Source: Zygnema circumcarinatum SAG 698-1b (taxonomy: Eukaryota > Plantae > Zygnematophyceae). Taken from it: a stretch of 64,000 nt of DNA. The translations under genes and the position numbers were made by a program. Positions 36,276-49,638 of the stretch are shown piece after piece (the first letter of the stretch is position 1; every line of letters begins with the position of its first letter). Location: assembly GCA_037447605.1 (NCBI GenBank), contig CM074804.1:1736001-1800000 (forward strand), read 5' to 3'. The notes below the pieces were generated by a model, which saw only the letters and a list, made by a program, of their open reading frames with translations, was not told where the DNA came from and made no database searches.

Positions 36276-37532
36276 GCGTAGTAATTCACTTGCATTCTTA
36301 CGGAACTTCCGGCTCCCTTTCTCGCTCTCCCTCTTTTTCTCTGTCTCTCGCTCCCTCCCCCTCTCCTCCTCTCCCGCTTCTTTTTTGAAGTGTTTTAGGC
36401 GGCTCAAATGGGCCATGTATTCATGAGGGTTGTTAGAATGGTGGCTCCTACAGTCTCACACATTCAGTGGCTTCGAGAATGTTTTCGTTAAGCATGCTTC
36501 AGATTGTAAATTTTTTTTTAATCGTGATGATTTAGGGTTTGTTTCTTTGGCACTTCATATTGGACTCCAGGCCTCCGTACTTCATAATGCAAGCTTAGAG
36601 GTTGTTTGATTCATAACAAGTTAATACATAAGATTAGTTTTTTTTTCTCTCGAAGGGTTCGTTTTTTTTTTTTGTTTATGGGGTGGTACAGGCGTGTGTC
36701 TGCAAGCTCCTTGGAGAATATTCTTTTATTTTTTTCTATTCTTCACTTGAGTGAATTGAACTTAGTCCCATCCCCCCTCTTCAACTTTTTGGCAAAGGGT
36801 TGATGTGAAAGACAACGAGGAGAGAGAAAGGCAAAGGGACGTGCAAAGTGAGGAGGAGAAGGAGAGCGATAGGGAGGGAAAGGGAGAGCGAGGGAGGAAG
36901 GGACAGACGGAGTGAGGGAGAGAGCGAGGGAGCGAAGTTCGCCCTCCCTTCGGATTCCTTGTTAGGAGTCGTCCGCCCGGCTGAAAATTTGAAAATTCGT
37001 CACTAGTTCAGGTTAAGCAATCTAATTCTCGAATTAAATTCTGGTTCGGAGCGTTCTAGTTTGAATTTTAGTTTTAGTTTTAGTTTTAGGACGTTTTGTA
37101 GGCGACTGCTTTAATTTGCCACCCTTCATGTAAGGACGGGGGGAGGGGCAAAATGCCGCCCGAAATACTCCTCATTCCTAATCGTTTTAGAAACAGACAG
37201 TTTTCTACAACCTCGTTTTTTAGGATTTAGGAATCCCCTGCTCTCCAACGCATAACGATCTCAGCCCCTCTGCGCTCGACCGATTTCAGGCACGTTCATT
37301 TCAGACGTTGCGCCGTCATGATGACGACAGCCCTAAGCGCGTCGGGCGACAGGGCCTGACCGAGCGAACCGGGCGGTTCGGTCGGTCGAAGTCCCGCACG
37401 TGCGAGCATTTTCGCCACGCCGTCCGATGGTAATCCGCTGCCTGATCGTACGGCGCGATATCGGTCCGATACGCGTATCGGATATACCGACTGGCCTCAC
37501 TTTCTCTCTCTCTCGGATCGCATGCTATCTCA

Positions 37533-40425
37533 TCAAGAAGGCTCCCATATCCGCACAAGCCGGTACACCTGGCCATGGGGGTTGGAGGGGAGAGTGAGAG
37601 GGCCGGCGGAGAGGGAGGAAGCAGAGTGATGGGAAGAGAGGGAGAGGAAGAGGGAGAGGGAGAGGGAGAGGGAGAGGGAAAGGGAGAGGGAGAGGGAGAG
37701 GGAGAGGGAGAGGGAGAGGGAGGGGAGGGGGAGGGGGAGGGGGAGGGGGGGAGGAAGAGGGACAGGGAGGGAGATAGAGAGAGGAAGGGAGAGAGAGACC
37801 TCTACCGTAAGTAGTGACGACATGGAAACAACAGTCGACGAAACTGACAACGAGAACTGGGATCGGGAGGGCATTGAGAGGGACTCACCTGGGCTGTATG
37901 TGCGGGCAGGTTCAGAGTGACCAGATTCGGCCGCTCTACTGCACTGCGCGTCACATTAGGGCTCCGAATGTCCCAGTTTCGAACATCGGCAAAACAACAA
38001 GCAATAATCAGTACATTTGAGTCATCTTAAAGGAAAAAATATGTGAAGCGGCGGTACAGGAAGGACAAGCGCAGTACAGTTCCCTCCCTAAAATGGCATT
38101 TGGATTTTCAGGCGTTTCAAAACTTTGGGGCTTTTAGGGTTGGGGAGGTACCCGGTAAATACTGTTTCTATGGAGCTCTGCTCGCCAGTTAACAGACCCA
38201 TGCCGCCAAATCGGTCCTCATCCGTGTCCAAAATTCTCTGAGTGAAACGAAGGATGAAGAAGTGTGGGTGAGAGAGAGAGCGGGAGGAAATTTGAGTGCG
38301 AGTGGGAGAGGGAGGGAGAGATAACGGAGAGGGAGAAGGAGGAGTGAGAGGAAGAGAGCGGGAGAGGGTAGGAGGGAGGGAGGGAGGGAGGGGGAAACAA
38401 AATGAGTGAAAGGGAAAAAGAGAGAGAGAAAGAGAGAGAGAGCGTCAGCATACCATATATTCCCCTGCATCAGGAAGCGCCACGCGGTACTCGTCATAGG
38501 ACTGAAAGGGATGAAAGTTGAACACAAAGAACAGTCTGTCCCGCAAAAATGCAATTATCTGCAACCCCCAAATTTGCGCACCCGACCAAAGGTGAATAAG
38601 GCGCTTTTGCCTCATGCAAACAGAAGGGGGGGGAGAGGGCCAAGGGCGAACGGGGGGGAGAAGAGGAGAGCGAGAGAGGGAAAGTGGGAGGGAGGCAGGT
38701 GGGGGAGAATTGGGGGGGGGGGGGGGGGGNNNNNNNNNNAGGGGGGAGGAAGAGGGACAGGGAGGGAGATAGAGAGAGGAAGGGAGAGAGAGACCTCTAC
38801 CGTAAGTAGTGACGACATGGAAACAACAGTCGACGAAACTGACAACGAGAACTGGGATCGGGAGGGCATTGAGAGGGACTCACCTGGGCTGTATGTGCGG
38901 GCAGGTTCAGAGTGACCAGATTCGGCCGCTCTACTGCACTGCGCGTCACATTAGGGCTCCGAATGTCCCAGTTTCGAACATCGGCAAAACAACAAGCAAT
39001 AATCAGTACATTTGAGTCATCTTAAAGGAAAAAATATGTGAAGCGGCGGTACAGGAAGGACAAGCGCAGTACAGTTCCCTCCCTAAAATGGCATTTGGAT
39101 TTTCAGGCGTTTCAAAACTTTGGGGCTTTTAGGGTTGGGGAGGTACCCGGTAAATACTGTTTCTATGGAGCTCTGCTCGCCAGTTAACAGACCCATGCCG
39201 CCAAATCGGTCCTCATCCGTGTCCAAAATTCTCTGAGTGAAACGAAGGATGAAGAAGTGTGGGTGAGAGAGAGAGCGGGAGGAAATTTGAGTGCGAGTGG
39301 GAGAGGGAGGGAGAGATAACGGAGAGGGAGAAGGAGGAGTGAGAGGAAGAGAGCGGGAGAGGGTAGGAGGGAGGGAGGGAGGGAGGGGGAAACAAAATGA
39401 GTGAAAGGGAAAAAGAGAGAGAGAAAGAGAGAGAGAGCGTCAGCATACCATATATTCCCCTGCATCAGGAAGCGCCACGCGGTACTCGTCATAGGACTGA
39501 AAGGGATGAAAGTTGAACACAAAGAACAGTCTGTCCCGCAAAAATGCAATTATCTGCAACCCCCAAATTTGCGCACCCGACCAAAGGTGAATAAGGCGCT
39601 TTTGCCTCATGCAAACAGAAGGGGGGGGAGAGGGCCAAGGGCGAACGGGGGGGAGAAGAGGAGAGCGAGAGAGGGAAAGTGGGAGGGAGGCAGGTGGGGG
39701 AGAATTGGGGGGGGGGGGGGGGGGNNNNNNNNNNGGGGGGGGGGGGGAGATGGATAAGCGTAGGAGAGGGAGAAAAGGGGAAGAGGGGGACAGGGAGAGG
39801 TGGGAGAGGGTCAAAAGGGCGAGAGGGAGAGAGTGGGAGGGTGAGGTGGAGCAGAGGAGGAGCGAGAAATGACCAGAACCGCCCTCTCTCTACTCTCCAT
39901 TGGTTGCCACTACATGGAACATTTCCACATTGTTCCGTTCTCAAGGTGAATGGAAATGGCGATTTACCCCATATTCATCGCTGACGTGGCACATTTTGGG
40001 CATGCCAGCTGTCAACACCTCGTGCTCCTCCTCAAACACCAACATTGCCTGCATGAAAAAAGCGTAATATTTCCAAACAGTTTTTTTCATACTCACAAAG
40101 ATCGAAATCTTTGTCTATAGTTGATGTTTCATAAATCGCTGGTGGATCTCAAGGTTTTTAGGGTTAACGGTGACCTTGTCAAAGGCCGCCAGGTGTCGAA
40201 AGGGCATTCGCTGATCCTCCAAAAGGTCCCACCGCCTCCTCGCCCTTTCAAAAGACTGACCATTTCCGACAGTCGGAAACTCAACCCACTGAACAAGGGG
40301 GAAGGAAGAAGGGTGGGAGGAGAAAAGAAAAACAAAGGTAAGTTTCAGCAAACAGAGAGAGAGAGAGAGATAGGCAGAGAGGAAGAGAGAGAGAGTGATG
40401 GGGGAGAGAGAGCGAAAGCGAGAGG

Positions 40426-40483
<58 letters not shown>

Positions 40484-43400
40484 ATCGTTACCTCGGGATG
40501 TCCGAACTCGTTCCCCATGAAGTTCAAGTAGGCCTCTCCTCCCATACTTAGTGTGATAAGTCGAATCATCTGCAAGTCAACCTCCTCGCACAGTGCCACG
40601 TGTCAACCCAAGCTTGCAGTTTTCCCTCACAACTTACTGCCACGTGCAATGCCCTCAAAAAAGCCCAGGAAAAAGAAAAAAAAATCACAAGAAAAAATGG
40701 CAGGGGCTCGCCCGACCTTGTGCAGCGCGAGGCCTCTGAGAAGCTCATCGTCCGTTGAACTGTCAACGGAACGGAGAACGGAACCGAAGAGCGTTTGTGC
40801 TAACGACTGCAAAGTCACAGACTGCAGATACGGAAAACCCCCCCACTCCATATCATCATCAGTTCAGTTAAACGGAGCAGCTCCATTTTGAAATCGTGTC
40901 AAACTCCCATCCATAAACATGCAAGGAAATAAGTCAAACCCGCCTTCAATGCTTCTGGTTTCCATGCATCTGTTCCGTAATCTTCGAAAGAACATTGTAA
41001 GCATAGAAATCGAAACTGGCAAAATGAGATTGAACTTACGATTTTCATTTATCATCATAATTTATTCCCAGCTGTCGTGCCCCAACGGGATAGAAACTTT
41101 GAATGAAGTACATTTTGAAAGACTTTATTTAAGCACTTAGCATTTCAGGGAGGCAGCGTGGGGGATCTACAGTTAGCCTTAGGTCTCCTTCACCTGAATA
41201 TGGTCTTCTGCAAAAACCACCGTCCGCTCACTCGCCTTCCGATTACTCAGAGTTTGCACAATCTGTAAAACGCTCGAACACTCTACAAAGACCCTTAAAA
41301 AATGATGGAAAAGGCACATAAAAGTTTGAAGGTTTGAATCTGCCGATTTTTCGAGCTATGTGCTGACTGTATTGCATCCCAAATTGGCACTTTCCTGAGG
41401 ATGCATTCAGAAGCGGTACCTCGGTCGGCTTCCAGTCCTCGTCCGTACGGTTGTCGAGGAGCCAACTCCACATGGCGCAAGGCGCTTTGTGGACGCGGAA
41501 ATCGAAACCGATACCTCCCTGAGAGATGGGATGGCAGAGCCCGGGGTAGAGAGTGTGCTGCTTCCTCCCGGAGGGAAGCGAACAGGGGAGGAATGAGTTG
41601 CAAGGGAGAGGGAGGGGGAGGGGGAGGAGGTGGGGGAGGGAGAGGGGGAGGGAGAGGGAATGGGAGAGGGAATGGGAGAGGCCGAGGGCAAGGGAGAGGG
41701 AGGACAGTGAGAGGGAGAGGGGGAGGGAGAGGGGATGGGAGAGGACGAGGGCAAGGGAGAGGGAGGACAGTGAGAGGGAGAGGTGGGCGAGGGAGAGGGG
41801 GAGGGGGAGGGAATGGGAGAGGGAGAGGGCGAGGGCAAGGGAGAGGAAGGACAGTGAGAGGGAGAGGGGGAGGGGGAGGGAGAGGGAATGGGAGAGGGCG
41901 AGGGCAAGGGAGAGGGAGGACAGTGAGAGGGATAGAGCGAGGGAGGGGGAGAGGGAGGGAGAATGCTGCAGAGCGACAGGAAAGCGAGGGAGTTGTCATA
42001 AACGGGAAACAAGCTTACATCATCGGCAATGGTAATGATGTCAGGCTTAAGCTGCCTCAGCATGTCATTCGCAAGGATGAGATAAATGAGAGCGTCCTCA
42101 TCCACGTGTTGATTGAAATATCTGCAACAATAAATAGAAATGCAATCTGATAAGGAATAACACATATGATCTCTCAGAGCACAAACACAACACCCCCATG
42201 AAATCCTTTAACTCCAAACCCTAGAAAATCCTACAAACCCTAAAATTAAGAGAAACAAAAAAATGTAGCCGTGGTAAATGGATGAATGCTCACTCCTCCA
42301 CGTTCCATGAGGGGTCCATCTGGCCATTGTGAGAGTAGAGCATGGAGGAGACGGAGTGGAAATGGTAGCCATCGATTTGATACTCTTCCACCCACCTGAA
42401 CCACGCCGTACATCACCCTGCTTCATCATACATCACTCTCCAACATCATACATTGCTCTCACTCCCAGACTTACATGCCGCAGAGTCGATGTCTTTATCG
42501 ACAATTCATCCCTACTCCCTCCCATCCCCTCCTACCTCCCTCCATCCGTTCCCAAAGAGGTAAAAAGCTCTATCGCTTGCAGAAGGTCACGGAAAGTGGC
42601 AGTAGATTTGAAAAGCAATCAGATGTGCCTAGTGGGAGGGCGAGGGGAGGGGGGAGGGGAGGGGGAGGGAGGGAGGGAGGGAGGGAGCGACCCACCACCG
42701 TAAGTTGGAGAGCAGAAAGCGCAGAACTTGGTTTTCACCATAGCGCAGCATCCGTGTGCCCCACTTTTTATGGTGCCCTCTTTTCCCTGCCTTCGATAAC
42801 TCAACGTTAAATACGACGTGACGTTTTTAAGTTATCGAACTCCAGGAAGTGGAGAAGACCTCAACCTCTAACAACTCTTAATCCCTTGTACATATTGGGT
42901 CCAAAACACCCTAAATAACCATCAAACATCCGTAAACTCCCTAAGAAAACCCAAACAATCCCTCCAAATCTCTAATATCCTCAAAACCCCTTAAGAAAAA
43001 CTTAAGACCCCCCAAAATTCTAAGAAAACTACAACCTTTTTATGATCCCTCACAACCCCCTTACAGCCCGCAATCCCCCCCTTTGACCCCTTCTTCCCTG
43101 CCCCTCCCTCCCTCCCTCCCTCCCTCCCTCACCCTTGTGGAGGAAGCAGTCCGCGGAGCCGTCAAATGCAGCAAGGCCATCCATCTCATTGGGTGCCACG
43201 TGGGAGTGCACAATGTCCAGCAGCACGAGCAGACCAAGACCTGCATAGAAACGGCAGTTAAACTGTTGCGTTAAACTGTTTTCCGCACGTGTCGAACATG
43301 TCGGAGAAGGAACCGTTCTGTCAGCTGTCACAAGTCGGTCTCTCTCTTTTCGTGTCTATCTCTGTTTTTCAGTTTGTCTTGGGAGTAGGTATTGCAGGGG

Positions 43401-43913
43401 GAAGATGTCAATGTTCGTATTGAATTTTGCATTTTAAAAAGGTCACAAGCCATTAACAACAAGCTGACTGCTTCAGCTCAAACCCTGTTCTGCTACAGAA
43501 AAGCAAATCACAGGCTACAAGGTGCATCGCTGCTGACCGTGGGCCGTATCGACCAATCGCTTGAAGTCTTCGGGCGTGCCAAACCGGCTGCTCACTGCGA
43601 ACAGACTTGTCACCTGCACGCGGAGAGAAGGAGGGCGACTGCACAAGTGTGACGTGACAAACATGTTGCATGCATAATGCAGCATCACGTGCATATAAGA
43701 CCATGACGAGAACGACAAAATGAGGTGATGGGATTCGGTAACATGACAACGTGACGTGACGTGACGTCCGTGATGTGATATGATGTGAAAGGCCATGGAG
43801 AGGCATCCCATGGAGGGATGCCATGTGCTGTGACATGACTAAGTAATAATGTCATTGCATGTAAGCACCATGTACAAAAAAACACAAGAATAAAATGTTT
43901 AGAAACTCTCTCG

Positions 43914-43995
<82 letters not shown>

Positions 43996-46900
43996 GTCTC
44001 TCTCTCTCTCTCTCCCGTGCTCTCTCGCGCAACTTGCGAAACTATCGTTCTCTCCATACAATGTACAGTACGAGGGAAAAGAAGTTTGGGATGAAGCCCT
44101 GCCTTGTAGCCCAAACTGGAGTAGTCGGAGTGCTCCGCCACTCCCATTAGTTGCACAGCCGTGTAGCCACACTCCTTGATGTAGGGCAATACCTGCACAA
44201 CTCAAATCTCTACTAGAACCTCCAGTTAATAATTCATATACTATTTCATAAAAAAAAAAAAACCAGGGGGAAAATAAACGTGGATCAAAAACGAAACTTT
44301 CTCGTGCTTCAAAATACAAAATTCACTCGAAGTTTGTGAACACTCAATGCAACATATTATCATTCTCTATAGAAGCTAGAAGAACGAAAAGAACCCAACT
44401 TTGCAGCAAAAACTGTTCATTTACTCACCTTTTCCGTGAAGTAGTTGAAGGTGGAAACTTCCGCTGCCTCTCCGCTCATTCCCACATGTGCTTCATATAT
44501 GCGTAAAGCTCGAGGCTGAGGAGGGCTCTTGTGCTGCCACGTGTATCTCTCGTTCAAAGGAGGGTCCCAAAATATGGAGCTCTTCCTCCCGGTCTCCGGA
44601 TCTGCTCCCTTCCTCAAAAAATCAATCGATTTTAGTTGAAAAAAGGGAGAAGTGCAGTGCATGCGTTTAAGGCAAAGCCTAAAAAGTTATTTCGAATGCA
44701 GAGGAAGGTCTCAAGATATAAAAGGCTTTCCTTTAACAGTATGTGAATCTGCTTCTTTTCGCAAGAAAATAATCACTGAATGCAATTGGAAGTATCAGTT
44801 CTGTGCCTCTTTCCTGAACGTGACCCTGAAGAGGTAACTCTTAAAATAGATGTTGGCTTCTCCTTGTTATGATAAGAATGATACACTCAAAGTACAGAAA
44901 CTTCATAAGGTTCACAAGTTTTAAGTTTCCCTCCAACTCACCAGCAAGCACATAGGTGGCGTAGGGGGAGACTCTCTCTACCGGTCCTTCGGGAGTCGCC
45001 AAAAGTGTTCGCACTCGGCATTTGTGATATATTCGAGTTCGATATTTCCGTTCCCATGCATTTCTCCCCTTCCTCTCTGCGATCCAATAGGCATAGGGAA
45101 CCTTTTTCAGCACTCTCTCAGCCCATTCCGGATCCGAAATAAACTCAAAATTCTTCCCATCTCCTTCTTCCGACCAGACAGGAGGTAGCTCTCCCTCCTC
45201 TCCCTCCCTATACCCCATTCTCTGGCGAGCCTCCTTTCTCCCTTCCTCTCCCTCTCCCCTGGTCTCCTCTCTCTCCTCCTCCTCCTCCATCCTGTACTGC
45301 CTCTTTCCATTAACCCAACCTAGATGAGCATTCCTTTTCATGCACTCTTCCTTCCAATTGAAATTCGGATCCTTTCGCATTCCCCCTTTTTCAATATCTT
45401 CGTTTCCTGTAAACGAAAACTCATCTTCCGGATCGACATAGGGATGCAAAAATGTGTCCTCTCCAGGGTCCCAATACTCCTCCTGTTTCTGGTCATATAT
45501 TGCATCCCAATCCAAATCTTGATCTCCAGAATCTTCCGCAACATCGTAGTTGTATTCCTGATCTTCGCGATCTCGACTCTCGCCCTCCCGGAGCTCATCC
45601 TCCACAAAAATGCGAAAATACCCAAAATCATCTTTCCCTAAAAATCCATCTTTCGCCACATTTGCTTTTCTGGACCAGCCGTTGAAGTCGCCGACAAGGG
45701 CGCATGACTTGGCCGCTGAGATCATCAAAAGAAGTAAAATTAGTAGGCTAAATTTTTAAGCCATTTAACAAGTCTTGAAAAAATTAAAGAATTACTACCT
45801 GGCATTCCCATTGCTGATAATGCTATCGCAGGCAAGATCTTAAAACCCTCAAAACCCATAAAACACGAAAAAGCTTAAAAACTGCAAATCCCAAACAAAT
45901 CCCATTCCGTATATTCGTTAGAGAGGGCTTATTCTAAGATAAGCTTCTGAAGCAAATTCTGACCTGGAGCCCACTCATAGTATTCAACACCGTGGTAGGG
46001 GTGGCGGTGCAGGCCAAGAACTTTGTGTCTGCATGAAGAAACAAAACTAGATTCAGAAAGCCCCAAAGAAGTCCATAACATGCACTTCGACGATAGAATG
46101 TGAGCCACTCTGCAGAGCTCCTTCAGCAATTGTGGCAGAGCCTTGAACATGTTTCCGTTCAAAAATGACTTGCAAACATTCCTTCAAAATTGCTTCCAGC
46201 AGACAATGCAAGGCCTACACTTTCTCTCTTGTTCACTCTCTCGCTCTCACCCCCGCTCCCTTTTCTCTCTCTTTCTCTCCCCCCCTCTCTGTCAGTTTAT
46301 CACCATAGAGCCCTCCAAACCACAGCTAAACTCCTTTTGCTTATAAAGTGGAGAAAGGACATCAGCTCAAGATCCTCTTTACCATTATTTAAGTCAGCCC
46401 AGTCCACCGAAATATGTGTATGCTGAATTGTGAGAAGAACATATCAAGGAGTTTAAAGCAGGACACATACACAGTGGCAAAGTGGAGGAGGTTCAAATCC
46501 TCGTCTTCTATAAGTTGCTTCAGATCTTTTATTCTCTTCCACCTGAAACACGCCATCACATTTCACACATGTTTAGCCTTCTGATCCAAATGGAATAAGT
46601 TTGTAATTCCTTCGGTCTCTTATTCATACATTTCTAAGCTTGAAGCTATGTTGGCTTAAGTGCTATGATGAGGAGGATACGGTGTTGACTCCTTTCATGC
46701 CCTCATAAAAGTTTATCCGAAGGTTTCAAAAAAGGTAAGACAAGCAATGCGAAGTTACTAAGAAGAATGGCAGTCCTTCCTAACTGAGATAAGGACAAGG
46801 TCGAACTACTGCAAGCGATTCAACACCAAACCTTCAGAAAAAACTCGTTCAATCAAAAGATGAAGCGATCGCTATATGAATAGAGTTGCCTCCCTCAAAC

Positions 46901-47411
46901 AGAATCTGTACAATCATCAAGTAATATCCTAAATGCTATAAAAAATCCTCCTTCTTAGTTGACTTGACTTCACAACATACCTGTCCTGCAGTTTTTGAGC
47001 AAATGGCTTCACGAGCGGGTAGTCCTTGAGAATCCCCACAGGATCAACCCTCTCCCTCTCCCTCTCTTTCTCCTTCTCTCTCTCTCTCTCCCTCTCCCTC
47101 TCCCTCATTTTCCCATCGCGAGTGGCAGAAAAACAAGGAGTATGCGAGAGCCTTGACGGCATCCATGGCGAAGGAGGAAGCTTTTTTCTCCTCCCACCTC
47201 TTCTAGATGCCCTTCTGGCTGATTCTAACTTTTCAGGGTGTTGCAACCCTAACCCTAACCCTAACCCTGACTTGAACTCTGATTTCAACCCTATTTCTTT
47301 GCAAAAATTTGCAGTGATTGTGCGGTTGGAGTTCAGGAAGACTCCTGCGCTCGTCCGGCCTGGCGTCCCAGAATGAAGGCACCATGGGGATCCAATGAGG
47401 GAAACCGCCAT
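37533..47411 (-). CDS. SBE3: Starch branching enzyme class III (Arabidopsis BE1/EMB2729-like), plastid-targeted GH13
   Basis: Multi-exon. Motifs [26 protein letters not shown]...DDFGYF (long acidic insert typical of the BE1 class), [83 protein letters not shown]. Three 3' exons are doubled by the 37745-39724 duplication. Confidence 0.93.
37745..39724. repeat. Exact ~985-bp duplication between N-gaps at poly-G runs
   Basis: 37745-38729 equals 38740-39724 (offset 995). Gaps at 38730-38739 and 39725-39734. Likely assembly artefact. Confidence 0.85.
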
Positions 47412-47843
47412 GGCGAGAGCTTTCCGAGCGATAAACCCTCGAAAACCCTAAGGCCTAAATGCTAACCCTAACCCTCGCCCTAAGCCCTAACCCTAACCCT
47501 AATTCTAAGAACTAAACAACATCCTGATTTCGACCTTACGTCAGGGATAGCTTCTTGCCTGGAATGAAAAATTTCATTACCCTAACACTCTTCTGGAAAG
47601 TCCAATTTCGTGAGTATAAGAGCTTTGAGGCCTTAGAAATCTACAGAAGCTTCCGGCGTTTTGGAACTGTGAATAGGGTTTCTTTAAGCTTATAGGTTTC
47701 GGGTCCGGTTTGCTTTCCTTTGATAGAGACGGCATGGATCAAAAGAAGCAAGTTTATTTCAGGACACTGTTCCTCATAAGCTGCTGAACGAATGCCGTCC
47801 TTTGGATTTCATTTTTCCATGCATAACCTCAATCGCAATAATA

Positions 47844-49403
47844 ATGCAGACACAATTGAGTCTGTTGAACAGTTTCAAAAGCGGAGCTTTCACAAGCATT
47901 GAAAGCCTCCTGAATCTCTCCCACAACAGCGATGTTATATCTTTAGGTTTCTTTCTTCATGGCGAGTCTTGGGGGCGATTTCATTTTAACTTTGTTCACA
48001 ACTCAGCGCCATCATTTCGCCGCAGTGCAGTTTTCAACAATCATTGTTGCAGCCAGAAATGTGCGCAAAAAAGGGTTTACAATGGAATTGCAGCGCATAG
48101 CCCTCCTGCTGCGGAATCTGACATGGTATGGACCTTCGCTTATGGCGCAAACATGAACGAAAGCGTTTTGAGGAGGAGAGGAGTGAAGCCTTTGCAGTCA
48201 CTTCCTGCCGAACTCACTTCTCATCGACTGCTGTTCAATCATCGAGGAGGTGAATGCCGTGACCTAAATTTTTCCTTGTTCAAGGTTTTAGAGAATTCTT
48301 GCTACTTGCTGGAAATGGCAATGCTTTGATACTGTGAAAAGCTTTTGCTGTTTTGCTGTTTTGCTGTTTTGCTGTTTTGATCGCTGCCTCTTTTACATTG
48401 TGAATGTGATTATTATACCTTACGGCATTGTATCACAACAGTGTATCGTTCTTCTTTTGGACTATTGTTTACCTTCCACGTTGATTGTGCATGATGCCCA
48501 TTATGTACCTATGATGGCGTCGTTATTGTGAACTTGAACATTCGTTTATTTCGTAAATTGTATCATACTATGCGTCGTCGGTGTTCCTGCGATGGCTTGA
48601 AGGGTTTCATTCATTCGTTTTTTTGCCTCTCAGTCTATCATACTTAAAGCGAGTGCATGATGGTGGGCTGTCCACAGCATTCGGCAACATCGCTTTGCTT
48701 GAAGAGGGAGCACTTGTGCCTCACGTCCATGGCGTAGTGCATAAGATACAATATGATGACTTTCTCCGCCTACAAAGATTCGAACTCGGATACAGAACCA
48801 GTAGAGTCAAAGTATAACCAAGCGACACCAAGCATTCTTTCGCATGATGATATCTGTTTACTAAAGAGGAAAGAAAATAGTTTGGACAACTTGATTGCGT
48901 TAAGGTAGAGAATTGCACTGGAAGAAGAAGTGCAACCGTTTCCTCTCCCTTTTTTTTTTTTTTTTACTTCGGAGCTGAATTTTTATTTTCTGTGATGGCA
49001 GGTGACGACATACGAGGGGAAGAGCCTGGAAGCGATAGCCTTCATCTCGGAAAATGGAATGCTTCTTTCACAAAGTCTTCCTCCTCCTGCACGCTACCTC
49101 GAGCTCTTGCAAGTAAACCTCCCTTTTAATAATGTCAGAACGCAACTGAAAACGATTTAATATTCGGTTTTCAAGGAAGAATGAAGCAATCTGAATCGGT
49201 TTATTTCAAGTCAGTTGTGCTTGCCGCTATTCTGCATCTTCCAGCTACTGTACTGAAAGGTGACGATATGAAGAAACCAGAAACCCTGCAAACAGAATCC
49301 CTTCCTCCTCCAATGCAACCTCAAAAAGAGAACGCCCTAAGATCCCCAAATCCTCCAGTTCCTGTCCTTAATTTATCCATATCCTGACCACCAGAGGCAA
49401 CGT

Positions 49404-49436
<33 letters not shown>

Positions 49437-49638
49437 GCTTGTGCTGGTGCAGGAGGGCGCCTGCTTCTGGCAGCTGGACGGCGCGTACGTGGCGTGGCTC
49501 CGCGGGCACGAGGCGGTCCGCAGCGCCCAGCGCGGCCCCGCGTACTTCGCGACGCCCAACGCGGCCGCGGCCGAGGCCGCGCTCAAGGGCCTCGCGCTGC
49601 TCGCGCTCGCGCTCATCGCTGCGCAGGCGCAGCCCTAG
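47844..49638 (+). CDS. Gamma-glutamylcyclotransferase-fold (GGCT/GliK/AIG2-like) protein
   Basis: Exons to 48249 (WTFAYGANM; start at 47844 or 48123), ~48678-48811 (VHGVVH...RFELGY), ~49002-49112 (PPARYLELLQ), ~49453-49638 (EGA...LD.AYVAWL, hydrophobic tail). Confidence 0.8.

Noticed and set aside
37745-39724. Duplicated SBE3 3' exons as a second mutually exclusive cluster
   Set aside because: Identical copies bounded by N-gaps at poly-G runs. There is no divergence, unlike the ABCC A/B exons.
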